Positions 27,941-38,027 are shown, counted from the first letter of the stretch. The stretch: DNA of 64,000 bases from an uncultured Candidatus Saccharibacteria bacterium (GCA_964643955.1 CAZXUO010000001.1:171828-235827), one strand, 5' to 3'. The notes: generated from the sequence alone by a model not told the origin. Numbers and translations: made by a program.

Positions 27941-29676
27941 ACCTTCGTAACAACGCGCATTTCGCTTTTGCTTTTGCGGCCATCATACTCATTGGTATTT
28001 CCGTCCGACTTATCGGCATTTCTACCGAAAGTCTTCGTCTTGATGAGGCACAGAGTATTTGGCAAGCTTCTCATTCGATGGAGTTCATTCGGCAATACAT
28101 GCTGAAGAACGTGCACCTACCCCTCCACAACACACTTCTCCATGTATGGATGCAGTTCTTTGGCACAAGTGAAGCTTCGGTGCGCATGCTCGCGGCAATT
28201 CCAGGGATACTCTTTTTGCCTGCAATCTATCTCCTTGCTCGTGAATTTATGGCTCGACACTGGGCACTTGTTGCAATGACACTTGCCTCGATCGCCCCAA
28301 TCTTCGTTTGGTACAGTCGCGAAATTCGCATGTACTCTTTGCTTATCCTTATTGCTACCCTCTCGTTCTATCTCTATATCCGCATCCTTCGAGAGCCACG
28401 CATGCAATGGTATCTTCTCTACACAGCAGTAAACCTCATCGGCATTTACACACACTATTTCTTTATTTGGACACTTGTTGTTCAGCTCATTTTCTTTTTC
28501 GCAACGTGGAATATCGATTTTACGTCACACATTAAGAAAACGAAACGCCAGATCTTTATTGGACTTTCTGTTGTGGCAGGACTGCTCCTTATTGCATTTA
28601 GTCCGTGGCTTTATGGACTTTTTAGCAGCCACGGCTCCGGTTCGCTTGCTCCTGTCTTTGGTGCACCAAACAGCTTCAACATGGCGCTCACGCTGTTTGA
28701 ATTTCTGTTCGGTTTTCAGCCAGACATAATTACCGGAGGACTCTTTGCGCTCTGGCCACTTATTACGCTCTTTGGGTTTATTTTCCTCGCAAAACGAACT
28801 CCTATACCGCCCCTTGTATGGCTCCTTGTTATCGGTATCTTTCTACCCATAACGCTCACGTTCATCATTAGCGTTACAATCAAGCCGCTTTACCTCACAC
28901 GATATTTGATGATTGCCGCACCACTGGTCTTCGTGTTTATTACGTGGTTTATCAGCGAACTCCCTAAGTATCGAGTATTTTTTACTTTGGCTATTGCCAC
29001 AGTACTTGTATGTACCCTTTACACACAACAGTTCCATCCTGAAAGCCCCGCTAAAGAAAACTACCGCGATGTTGCAACATACATTAACGCAGAAGTCACC
29101 TCACGCGATATTGTTGTTCTTGCGCCTCCCTATCTTATTTACCCGTTCCAATACTATTACACGGGACAAGCTCATACGACGAGTATGCCTATTTGGGATA
29201 AACGCGAAGGCGCAATCCCGGTAATCACACCTGAACTTCTCGCGCGCGACGCCGAAATAATCAAAGGGAGTAGAAAGCGCATATTTCTTATCGTAGGATC
29301 AGATCTTGTTGGTGCAAACGAAGCAAAAGACTACTTTGACAGCAATCTTACAAAGATTGATAAAAAACAGTTTTCCAAAAATCTTTGGCTTCACGTCTAT
29401 CAAGCTGAATACCTCACCGATAATCAGGATGTTGTCACTATCCCGCCACCATCACCGTCATCAACACCTGTGCCCACCTCAGAACACACCACACAAACAC
29501 CTTCTAATTCTGTTTCAAACATCTCTGGAACATATGTTATTCAACAGGGAGACACACTAACTTCAATCTCGAAGAAGATTTATGGAGACTCGAGCAAATA
29601 CCTGTACATTGCTGAATTAAATGGCATAGTAGACCCCAACACCATTATTTTAGGCCGTACTTTGCTGACCCCGTAG
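27934..29676 (+). CDS. GT-C (PMT/ArnT-like) membrane glycosyltransferase with C-terminal LysM
   Basis: SLRLDEA, H.PL, EIRMYS, YTHYF, many TMs; YVIQQGDTLTSISKKIYG…IAELNGI.DPN.I..G. Confidence 0.85.
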   Translation: MVNLRNNAHFAFAFAAIILIGISVRLIGISTESLRLDEAQSIWQASHSMEFIRQYMLKNVHLPLHNTLLHVWMQFFGTSEASVRMLAAIPGILFLPAIYLLAREFMARHWALVAMTLASIAPIFVWYSREIRMYSLLILIATLSFYLYIRILREPRMQWYLLYTAVNLIGIYTHYFFIWTLVVQLIFFFATWNIDFTSHIKKTKRQIFIGLSVVAGLLLIAFSPWLYGLFSSHGSGSLAPVFGAPNSFNMALTLFEFLFGFQPDIITGGLFALWPLITLFGFIFLAKRTPIPPLVWLLVIGIFLPITLTFIISVTIKPLYLTRYLMIAAPLVFVFITWFISELPKYRVFFTLAIATVLVCTLYTQQFHPESPAKENYRDVATYINAEVTSRDIVVLAPPYLIYPFQYYYTGQAHTTSMPIWDKREGAIPVITPELLARDAEIIKGSRKRIFLIVGSDLVGANEAKDYFDSNLTKIDKKQFSKNLWLHVYQAEYLTDNQDVVTIPPPSPSSTPVPTSEHTTQTPSNSVSNISGTYVIQQGDTLTSISKKIYGDSSKYLYIAELNGIVDPNTIILGRTLLTP

Positions 29677-29709
29677 AGACTACTTCGTTGCAGTGGTACC
29701 ATTGTCCGG

Positions 29710-31302
29710 ATGAGGAATACTCTTCTCTTTCTTGGACTTATATTCATTGGAACAATTTTTTATGCAGCACATACGTATGCGAATACTCAAAATGATCTAG
29801 GTGCGCTCTACAATGAATGGAAGGAAGAATTTGTCACGCATGAAGGTGCAGGTGGCCATGCGCGCGTACTTCAAAACAAGGATCGTCAAACCACCGTATC
29901 AGAAGGACAGGGATACGGAATGCTTCTTGCAATTTACAACAATGATCCAGAAACATTTGATAAGTTGTGGAAGTATACGAAACAGTACCTCAACGATCGC
30001 GGACTCATGCACTGGCAAATTGACAAGACGGGTGCTGTCATCGGCAGAAACGGTGCAACTGACGGCGATGAGGATATAGCCTTCGCATTACTCGCAGCAT
30101 ACAAACAATGGGGTATGTACGAGGAGGATGCTCGTGCCTATATCGATGCGATTTTTACTCACGAAGTTGAAGCGGAGACATACGTACTTAAGCCGGGTGA
30201 TGTATGGGGCGGCTCTCGCATTACAAATCCGTCATATTGTGCTCCTGCATATTACCGTGAATTCGCAGAATTTACCGGTGAGGAAAACTGGCTTCGTGTA
30301 CTCGACACTTGCTATTCAATTATTAAAAAAGCACGCAATATCAATACAGGTTTGTTACCTGAATGGACAACCATTGACGGCGGCATCGCGTACGATCTTA
30401 CACATAACAAGAATCGCGATAATTTTTCTTACAATGCAATTCGAGTACCTTGGCGTATCTCAGTTGATTGGGTATGGAACCGCGATCCCCGAGCATACTC
30501 AATCAACGACCGCATGACCAACTTTTTCGACAATGAACGAAAATTATATAGCGGGTACACGCTCTCAGGAAAACCAATTGTTATATACTTTGATGCAACG
30601 TTCGCTGCAGGAATTGCTGCAGGATCACTTGCTTCAGATAATACTAAGTTCAGGGAGGAGATGACCGAACGATTGATACAAACAACATCAAATAGCTACT
30701 ATGGTGCGACACTACGCTTGCTGTCACTCATGCTTGTCATGGAGAAATTTCCAAATCTTGCAATCGCGCCTGAAGCACCTCCTGAAAATGAGGAGGAGCA
30801 CAGCACGACTACACCTGAAGTAATCCCATCAGCTCCGCAAGAGCAAGAAATTATTCCCGATTCAGATTCTGTAGAAACAGAACCCATCCCCCAAGAAGAC
30901 CTTGCCGGAGAGGAAGCGAACGTCGGTTCGACAACTCCCGAGATACTCCCTCCTGAAGAACTAGAGGTACCTGAAATTGAGACATCCGTCATCGTTGAAC
31001 CTGAAGAAAATCATACGATAATAATCGACAGTCCTGAAGATAGCGCTACACTTTCTGGAGAGAAGAAGATTAAGGCATATATTGAGAATCTATCACTCGA
31101 CAGCTATACAATGATTTATTCTGTTGATGACAAAATGGAAGACCACATGCATGACGCCGCGGGAATGTTTAAGCAGGCAAAAATCCAATTCGATTCATGG
31201 ACATGGAATGAGAGCGGCCCCTACCGTGTCGACATCACTGCATATGATCTTTCAGGAAATACTCTTGCTACGACTCACATAGAAATCTACGTAAAACACT
31301 AG
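29710..31302 (+). CDS. Secreted GH8 with acidic Pro/Glu linker and C-terminal Ig-like domain
   Basis: TVSEGQGYGML, GATDGDEDIA, TNPSY, GLLPEW, YNAIRVPWR. Confidence 0.9.
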   Translation: MRNTLLFLGLIFIGTIFYAAHTYANTQNDLGALYNEWKEEFVTHEGAGGHARVLQNKDRQTTVSEGQGYGMLLAIYNNDPETFDKLWKYTKQYLNDRGLMHWQIDKTGAVIGRNGATDGDEDIAFALLAAYKQWGMYEEDARAYIDAIFTHEVEAETYVLKPGDVWGGSRITNPSYCAPAYYREFAEFTGEENWLRVLDTCYSIIKKARNINTGLLPEWTTIDGGIAYDLTHNKNRDNFSYNAIRVPWRISVDWVWNRDPRAYSINDRMTNFFDNERKLYSGYTLSGKPIVIYFDATFAAGIAAGSLASDNTKFREEMTERLIQTTSNSYYGATLRLLSLMLVMEKFPNLAIAPEAPPENEEEHSTTTPEVIPSAPQEQEIIPDSDSVETEPIPQEDLAGEEANVGSTTPEILPPEELEVPEIETSVIVEPEENHTIIIDSPEDSATLSGEKKIKAYIENLSLDSYTMIYSVDDKMEDHMHDAAGMFKQAKIQFDSWTWNESGPYRVDITAYDLSGNTLATTHIEIYVKH

Positions 31303-31316
31303 CACTTGTTTTTTGT

Positions 31317-32537
31317 TTACCGCAACTCAACATCTTCCTCGATCTCTTCGTCATCACGTGACGGCATAAAAAGCAAATGTGAAATAAAGAACCAAATGAC
31401 AGAAAGAATTGTGGCAATCAACATCGGGAGGAAAAGACAATCGTACCAGAAGAAATATGAGAGTACCGCAACGACTGCATACCAACCCATATGCCAGTAG
31501 TGGTACGCCGACGGATTCCATGGGCGCATATCATGGTATCGCTCGCGGAAATCGAAGAAGAACCAGCCGATCATAAAGAGAAGTGCGAGGAGCCACCAGT
31601 CGCACAAGAGTAATAACTTATTGAGGAGCACCAGCACCACAACCATGAGTGCGGCAAAAATCGAGTTGCGTGAAAATGCACGGCGAGAGCCATACACTTC
31701 GTTTCGCAATCGCAGATCACGGATGAGAACCCAGCCATAAAAGATACCGAGCACGATGAGAAGTATCGGCATCACGCAGGCACAGTCAACCGAGATAATG
31801 TCAGAAACTCCTGCGACGATTCCGTCTGGCAACGTCGTGCTCCCTGTGCCCGTTGCTTCACCGAGCACCTGCGGCTCACCCGCACCTTCTGCTCCTGCTA
31901 CGCTTCCTGAAGGGACAAGTGGAACTGCAAACGGAAATCCGCCGCCAGTACCGAAGTCTTCAGGAGTTCCCGTGTCACCATCCCCGTCACCATCGCCGTC
32001 CCCGCTTGAGCGCGAACCACCGCCCCCTGTACTACCCCCTCCGTCACCATCCCCATCTCCGTCGCCATCACCACCCGAAGTTTCGCCATCGTCACATTCA
32101 AAATTCCCACCTGCAAACCCTATACAAAGATCAAACGAGAGCGATGCATACTGGTATTCATTTCCCGATTCAGGGAAGAATGTCATGCGATAGGTATAGA
32201 CCGTCGATGCGCCGTTTGAAAGTGTACTGAGCCCTACTTTTCCTGCTGTATCGAAATCGACAAATGATCCCGTGAAAAAATCTCCATTGTTGATGATGAC
32301 TCCCATTGCGTCGCCGAGTCCGTCGTCGTCAACCACATTGATAAGTTCGGTATATACACTCTTATCTTCACCGCTATTATTGGTGACCGTCACCGTCTTT
32401 GTGATGGTATCGCCCGGAAGAAAATTAGACTCACCGAAAAGCGGTACGGTCTCGAACTGCACCTCAAGTGGCGCGGCCTGCACACTGCCCGCAAAAAAGA
32501 AGAGTGAGACTGCGCAGATTGTAAGAAAATATTTCAT
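31317..32537 (-). CDS. Secreted TasA/camelysin-like domain, GD-rich linker and multi-TM C-terminus
   Basis: Signal peptide; NFLPGDTITKTVTVTNNSG…GNEYQ…LSFDL; GDGDGD repeats; about 5-6 TMs. Confidence 0.6.
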   Translation of the reverse strand: MKYFLTICAVSLFFFAGSVQAAPLEVQFETVPLFGESNFLPGDTITKTVTVTNNSGEDKSVYTELINVVDDDGLGDAMGVIINNGDFFTGSFVDFDTAGKVGLSTLSNGASTVYTYRMTFFPESGNEYQYASLSFDLCIGFAGGNFECDDGETSGGDGDGDGDGDGGGSTGGGGSRSSGDGDGDGDGDTGTPEDFGTGGGFPFAVPLVPSGSVAGAEGAGEPQVLGEATGTGSTTLPDGIVAGVSDIISVDCACVMPILLIVLGIFYGWVLIRDLRLRNEVYGSRRAFSRNSIFAALMVVVLVLLNKLLLLCDWWLLALLFMIGWFFFDFRERYHDMRPWNPSAYHYWHMGWYAVVAVLSYFFWYDCLFLPMLIATILSVIWFFISHLLFMPSRDDEEIEEDVELR

Positions 32538-32548
32538 AAATAAAATAA

Positions 32549-34633
32549 TTATTCGACCGGTGGCTCTGGCTCCGTCGTAGGTTCAGGCTCTGCGGGCGTC
32601 TCCTCTTCAGCAGGCGCTTCTTCGACTTCTTCTACAACATCTTCAACGACCATAAGATCATCTTCTGGCTGGACCTCGACAATTGGTTCTTCCTGCTCTT
32701 GCTCAACGGGTTCTACCACTGGCTCCGGCGGAAGAATATCTTCTTCACGCACGTCTCCAAGATCAGTAGAGCCGCCGGTCGATTGCTCATCGGTAGGTGG
32801 TGTCGCTTCAAGCACCGGCGCTGTCGACGATGCAGTTGAAGATGCCGTCGGCGTGACCGGTGCAATCTCCGGCGTAATCACTTCCTCTTCTGCAATGAGA
32901 AGCGCTTCAATTTCAGCATCAGTCATTTCAGGAAGTTCCTCAAGTCCTTCTGATATAGGAGCGACCTCAACACCTTCCATAGTGAAGCGAAGAATCTCGA
33001 TATCGTCTGATCCCGGATTGGTACCTGGATTTGGTGTCGCATTGAAAATCCAATCAGAAGCCGCGTCAGTGTCCCAGCCTTTCACCACGCGCGCGATCGA
33101 CTTGCCATCGAGTCCCGTGATGCCGACCGAAGGATTAAGCGCGACGGTATCGGTACCATAGCTTACTTGATCGACGACGACATCAGCGCCATCGCGGAGA
33201 ATCACGCGATCACCACCATCAGCGAGCCCATTGCCGAGCGATACGCCGAGCGCGATTTTAACCGCTGAAGCTGGGATGTCAGTCCAGTGGAGCGCAAATG
33301 TACTCGAGGCATTCGTGACGACCGCAAATCCATATGCAGGGATCGGTGTCGTAAGAAGCGGAATCATGTCGCAGCTCGTATTGTCACAAATATCCCATCC
33401 CGAAATATCAATCGGTGCAGCCGTCGGATTGTAAAGCTCTACCCACTCATTGTTTGTATCAGAGCCATGACCCGAATCTACATCATAGAAAACCTCGTTC
33501 ACGACCATGTGCGTGGTTGGTGCGACCGGCGCATCGATCGCCACCTCGAGGACTGGTCGTACATCGCTCTGACTTTGGTGCTCTGAGCTGCGGAACTTTC
33601 CCGAGCGGCTTCCGCTCTCAGGAAGCGCGTCGACATCCGCAAGCTTCCATCCATAGTTTGAGAAACTTCCATTTACAAAACCTGCGACATCACTCGTGAC
33701 ATCCCAGGACATCCACTTCGCATTCCCATCACCCGTACTCTCAGTGTCGGTCGGCGCAACCACCGCAGGCTTGCTATTCCACGTCACACTTCCCTCGCTC
33801 CACACTGCTGTCGCACGCGAGACTGCGTAATTGGTATTTGGCGTTGGTGCGGTGTAAAGATACGCCTTTAATTGTGCATCAGTGATGATCGAGCCGGGAG
33901 GAAGTGCGAAGTTGAATCCAACGAGCGCCTCAGAGTCCTTCGCACCAGACTGTCGACGAAGCTCAAGCTGCTGACTCGTGCCATTGTTGGTATTTGGCTG
34001 CTGCTCGTTTACATCAGTATCCATAATCGCTGCGATGTCAATCGTCGAAGTGCTTGTGTCGGACATGTTTTCCCACTGCGCTGTGGTGACGGCAAACGAT
34101 TCAGTCTCGACATCGTGATATGCCTTTCCTGAAGCAAAGCCAAACTGCCAACCATCAAACGTAATATCAAAATCGCAGGTCAGATTTGCGTATGAGCTGT
34201 CGACCGGCGGAAGCGAGGTGATGAAATCCCATGAGTTACCATCACCGGGGAAACTTGAGGTGCTGTGTGAGAAGCTTGCGAGCGGCCCCGTGTACACCGT
34301 GCTCGTTGCACGTTTTGCTTCGAGATTGAGTACGCCACAGAGTGGGCTCGTCGTCGCTGAAGTGAAAACGCGATATTCAAATGGCAATGAGTCGGTCGTG
34401 GTCGAAAGCGAGACAGGAAATGCCGGTGCACTGTTTTCAGGTGTGAGTCCGATGAATTCAGTCGTTGTGGTTGCGAGCATAAAATCAAGCTCTGCAGCAT
34501 CAAAAGAATTCTCTTCAGAAATTTCCGTATCGCTATAGTACGCCTGTGTGACACCCACTTGTGCGCAGCCGACCGTCGCAATGAGCGCGAATGCGAGTAC
34601 TTTTATTCCAAATTTATTTCTGAAGTTATGCAT
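32549..34633 (-). CDS. SipW-signal protein with DNRLRE/CBM96-like and lamin-tail domains and acidic tail
   Basis: TQAYYSDTE.S..NSF.A motif; WSEGSVTWN.KP…WDVT..V…NYG; VVNEVFYD…EWVELYN…PNPG. Confidence 0.75.
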   Translation of the reverse strand: MHNFRNKFGIKVLAFALIATVGCAQVGVTQAYYSDTEISEENSFDAAELDFMLATTTTEFIGLTPENSAPAFPVSLSTTTDSLPFEYRVFTSATTSPLCGVLNLEAKRATSTVYTGPLASFSHSTSSFPGDGNSWDFITSLPPVDSSYANLTCDFDITFDGWQFGFASGKAYHDVETESFAVTTAQWENMSDTSTSTIDIAAIMDTDVNEQQPNTNNGTSQQLELRRQSGAKDSEALVGFNFALPPGSIITDAQLKAYLYTAPTPNTNYAVSRATAVWSEGSVTWNSKPAVVAPTDTESTGDGNAKWMSWDVTSDVAGFVNGSFSNYGWKLADVDALPESGSRSGKFRSSEHQSQSDVRPVLEVAIDAPVAPTTHMVVNEVFYDVDSGHGSDTNNEWVELYNPTAAPIDISGWDICDNTSCDMIPLLTTPIPAYGFAVVTNASSTFALHWTDIPASAVKIALGVSLGNGLADGGDRVILRDGADVVVDQVSYGTDTVALNPSVGITGLDGKSIARVVKGWDTDAASDWIFNATPNPGTNPGSDDIEILRFTMEGVEVAPISEGLEELPEMTDAEIEALLIAEEEVITPEIAPVTPTASSTASSTAPVLEATPPTDEQSTGGSTDLGDVREEDILPPEPVVEPVEQEQEEPIVEVQPEDDLMVVEDVVEEVEEAPAEEETPAEPEPTTEPEPPVE

Positions 34634-35186
34634 GCGTATCAGTCTTTTCTGGTTCCTCTTTTGCTTCTTTTTTTGTTCGCAACTTTCTCAATTCATTCCA
34701 GAGTGCGACTCCCTCATCAAAAAGGACAAATCCTGCGGGAATGCCGATGAGTAATACGAAACCGAGCGGCTTCTTAGCAAAATCGAGGATGAATCCCATG
34801 TACGGAATCGAGAAGAAGACTTCTCCAAGTACCTGAGTACGCGGTATCGGCCGCGGATCAGGCGCGTTGTTGGCATCGCCTTTCGTGAGATACGAGATGC
34901 CACGACCGATCTCATCTACCTCGACGATGCGGTGCGTCGTCGGCACCTGATCGCCACGTTCAAAGTAGAAGGTGATGATATCACCCACTTGATAATCACC
35001 CGTTGGTCGCATCACAATGAGCGAGCCCGTCTTGATCTCAGGCTCCATCGAGCCGGACTGCACAATCTTTACTTCGAAGTTGCCTGGTACGGGCACGAGC
35101 GGCATGAGCAGCAGAAGACCAAGGAGAACCACTCCCACGATGAGTCCGTAATAGAGAATTGCGAAGAACTTTCCGATCATAAGCAT
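34626..35186 (-). CDS. sipW: SipW-type (S26B) signal peptidase I
   Basis: VQSGSMEP, VGDIITF, TTHRIV, TKGDAN..PD, IPYMG, Ser-His type. Confidence 0.9.
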   Translation of the reverse strand: MLMIGKFFAILYYGLIVGVVLLGLLLLMPLVPVPGNFEVKIVQSGSMEPEIKTGSLIVMRPTGDYQVGDIITFYFERGDQVPTTHRIVEVDEIGRGISYLTKGDANNAPDPRPIPRTQVLGEVFFSIPYMGFILDFAKKPLGFVLLIGIPAGFVLFDEGVALWNELRKLRTKKEAKEEPEKTDTHA

Positions 35187-35270
35187 ATCGAGGCTTAAAG
35201 ACTTAAGGCCTCATCCCTCCCCGCGATACTTCGCAGGGAGGGTGAGCCATCAAGACTTTAAAGAATTTCT

Positions 35271-37145
35271 TTAAAAGCCGAGAACGTCTCCGTTCAACAT
35301 GACGTCATCTACTTCAACAACCTGAGCTTTGTTGTACGTACCCATTCCTACTGATATACCGACAACTTTTGCTCCTGGATAAGCCGCAGCAAGCTGCTGA
35401 AGTGTGAAGTTGGTTGCGTATGCGCCACCTCCACCACTCACTCCGGCAGCTGTGGTAACTCCACTTGCCCACCACTTACCTTTTGTTTGATCGGCGCTCC
35501 ATGTCTGCTCAACACCAGTCATGATTGATGGTGGGTTGAGGTCATTGTGAGCGAAGATGTTGTAGTACGGTTCAAAGGTGATGTCCTTTGTAGTCGTACC
35601 CACACCATCTCCGTCGAGGTCAACAATGAGGCGAAGGCTCGCGTTTCCGTTTATAGGATCAAACGCTGAAACTTGCTTTGAGTCATACCTCACCATCGTG
35701 ACATCCTCTACATCGATATCTACACCGTAGTTGGTATAGCGAACGCGTGAGTTTACATCATCTGCAGTAACGAGCGTGATGAATCCATCCTCAACAACCA
35801 CATCTCCACCAGCTGATGATGTCTCAATCCACTCGTCCTCTTCTTCACCACCACCATTGTATTCTGCGATCACATCGGCGCATGAGAAGTCTGCGTTGTT
35901 GCGCTGCTGTACTGCGTATGCAGTGATGTCCGCAATGAGTGAGTCTGACTGTGATGCGTTGTCTACCGTAGAGCCATCACATTCGATCTCTCCATCATTG
36001 TTTGTCTGTGTACCTGCGCACCATGCGAGACCGAGGTATGCAGTTGTTGATGCAGTAAGACTGATCTCTTCTGGATTCCATGCATCTGCAAATGATGCGC
36101 CAGGACCAGCAATCACCGTCTCATCTCCTGCATCATATTCTCCATCTCCATTATCAACCCACGCGAAGAATTCAAGGACGCTGCCGAGCTCTCCAGTTGT
36201 AAGTCCATCTTCATCATCCTGTGATTCTGGCTCCGTCTGTGTATTGTCATCTTCCTCAATGTTATATGGGAAGACACACGCAAACGCATCATTGTCGAAC
36301 ACATGGAGTGAAATCACGTTTGTACCCCAGTCACCCGGCTTAATGTCGTTGAAGTTGAAGAACTTGTCTCCATCCGCAAGATCTTTTTCAGCCCAAAGGC
36401 GGCACATATTTTGGAAGTCTGTATCTGCAGCACATTCCTGTTCTGGACGTTCAATATTCAATTTGAACATCAAGCCTGCAGGGTTTGCTTCTGGTGTGCC
36501 GCCCTGTACTGCTTTGTTGCGAACGGTGATTTCAAGCACGTTCTCGCCAGTCTGTACCTCGGCCTGAAGTGCAGCTTGGAATGGCGCAGTATTTACAAGG
36601 TCGCCATAATTAAATTCAGTACCAAGATTGTTCACAATTTCTGTACCGTTGAGGACAATCTTGTAACCATTGTCAGCCGCAAGCGCAAGCGTAAGCGAGA
36701 TACCCGAAACGCCGCCATTCCACTGAAACTTGTTTTGGAATGTGTACTCTGCGTCTGTTGTGGTATCTGCCTGAAGCACTGGATTGGTTACCCAAATCCA
36801 CTGAGCAGGTGCAGCAGAAGCCTCTGGCTCCCATGCAGGGTGAACAAAACTCAACTCGACTGCATCCGTAGGAATTGGTCCTGCGTATGCACCATTGTCT
36901 GCAACAACGTCAGTACTTGCAGCAGACGAAAATACCGTCACGCTACATGTCTCACAGTCTGCGCCATTATACGTTTGCATTGCATGGTCTACCTTAAGAT
37001 CAATCGATCCAGCGGTAAACACGTTTCCTGCTGATGTCTCTGTATCACTGAAGAATGCGCCCGTTCCTGAGATCACAATCGCTGCGATTGCAGTGATGAG
37101 TCCGAGGCTCAAGAGCACTCGCTTTGTGTTAATAACTCCTGTCAT
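35271..37145 (-). CDS. TasA-family protein with inserted and appended domains
   Basis: GTGAFFSDTETSAGNVFTAGSIDLKV SipW motif; FNDIKPGDWGTNVISLHV; N.SQSDS…ITAYAVQQRNN. Confidence 0.8.
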   Translation of the reverse strand: MTGVINTKRVLLSLGLITAIAAIVISGTGAFFSDTETSAGNVFTAGSIDLKVDHAMQTYNGADCETCSVTVFSSAASTDVVADNGAYAGPIPTDAVELSFVHPAWEPEASAAPAQWIWVTNPVLQADTTTDAEYTFQNKFQWNGGVSGISLTLALAADNGYKIVLNGTEIVNNLGTEFNYGDLVNTAPFQAALQAEVQTGENVLEITVRNKAVQGGTPEANPAGLMFKLNIERPEQECAADTDFQNMCRLWAEKDLADGDKFFNFNDIKPGDWGTNVISLHVFDNDAFACVFPYNIEEDDNTQTEPESQDDEDGLTTGELGSVLEFFAWVDNGDGEYDAGDETVIAGPGASFADAWNPEEISLTASTTAYLGLAWCAGTQTNNDGEIECDGSTVDNASQSDSLIADITAYAVQQRNNADFSCADVIAEYNGGGEEEDEWIETSSAGGDVVVEDGFITLVTADDVNSRVRYTNYGVDIDVEDVTMVRYDSKQVSAFDPINGNASLRLIVDLDGDGVGTTTKDITFEPYYNIFAHNDLNPPSIMTGVEQTWSADQTKGKWWASGVTTAAGVSGGGGAYATNFTLQQLAAAYPGAKVVGISVGMGTYNKAQVVEVDDVMLNGDVLGF

Positions 37146-37389
37146 AACAGTTTGTAAAATTAATCTTTAAATAAATTTGATAAACCCACGCGCAGCTCTG
37201 GTGCTGAGCTGGTCTGGGTATAGAAAAAACGCCCCGCGCACGAATTACGTGCGAGAGGCGTTTTTCCATACATCCAAACCAGACCAGCAGTACTTCAGAG
37301 TCATTATCATAGCTGTGGTAATCGCATACTAGCGCACCGCAACCGAATGTACATATTGACGTGTGGACTAGTTTGTATCGTGCCGCTCT

Positions 37390-38022
37390 TTATTTATCCT
37401 TGAGCGCCGCGTAAACAACCAGATTATGGCTGTATCGCTGCACGCCACGATCAAACGTACCCGTGCAGGTCACGAGGCGCAAACCCGCATGGTCGATGTC
37501 TCCATAGACTAATTGTGTCGGAAAATTTTCCTGCGCATATCGCTCCAGCGCAGTGACTTCAAATACTGCAATACTGCCGTCCTCTCGCACAATCTCAATC
37601 TCATCGCCGAGCGAGAGTTGTCCGAGTGAATAAAAGACTGCAGGACCCGCAACTGAGTCCACGTGCCCGAGCACAACCGCAGGACCAAGCTCACCGGGCG
37701 TCGGACCATGTTTGTACCATCCGACTTCCTCATAGCCTTTTGGCACTTCCACTTCACCATTTTCTGAGAGGCCGAGCGGGTCGGTAAATGATGCATCGAG
37801 ATCAATCGCAGGAATACGCAATTGAACTGGGAGAGACTCCTCGAGGTACGCGGCACTCGAAGATGCATATGGATCACCCATCTGTTCAGGTGAATACGCT
37901 GGCGCAGGGAGAAAAAGGTACATCACCAATGCGCCTATTACGAGGCCACATACGGCATACGCCGCCACGGTACCGTGGCGGCGTATGCATGATCCGAGTC
38001 GTTGTCTTGGATCAATACTCAT
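37390..38022 (-). CDS. Class F sortase
   Basis: LRIPAI, VGWY..GPTPGE.G.AVVLGHVD, LRLVTC.G.F…Y.HN.VVYA. Confidence 0.9.
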   Translation of the reverse strand: MSIDPRQRLGSCIRRHGTVAAYAVCGLVIGALVMYLFLPAPAYSPEQMGDPYASSSAAYLEESLPVQLRIPAIDLDASFTDPLGLSENGEVEVPKGYEEVGWYKHGPTPGELGPAVVLGHVDSVAGPAVFYSLGQLSLGDEIEIVREDGSIAVFEVTALERYAQENFPTQLVYGDIDHAGLRLVTCTGTFDRGVQRYSHNLVVYAALKDK

Positions 38023-38027
38023 AAGTC

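Noticed and set aside
31290-31330. Switch from mostly + to mostly - genes as a replication terminus
   Set aside because: Explained by the two convergent operons; no dif site recognised and skew cannot be computed here
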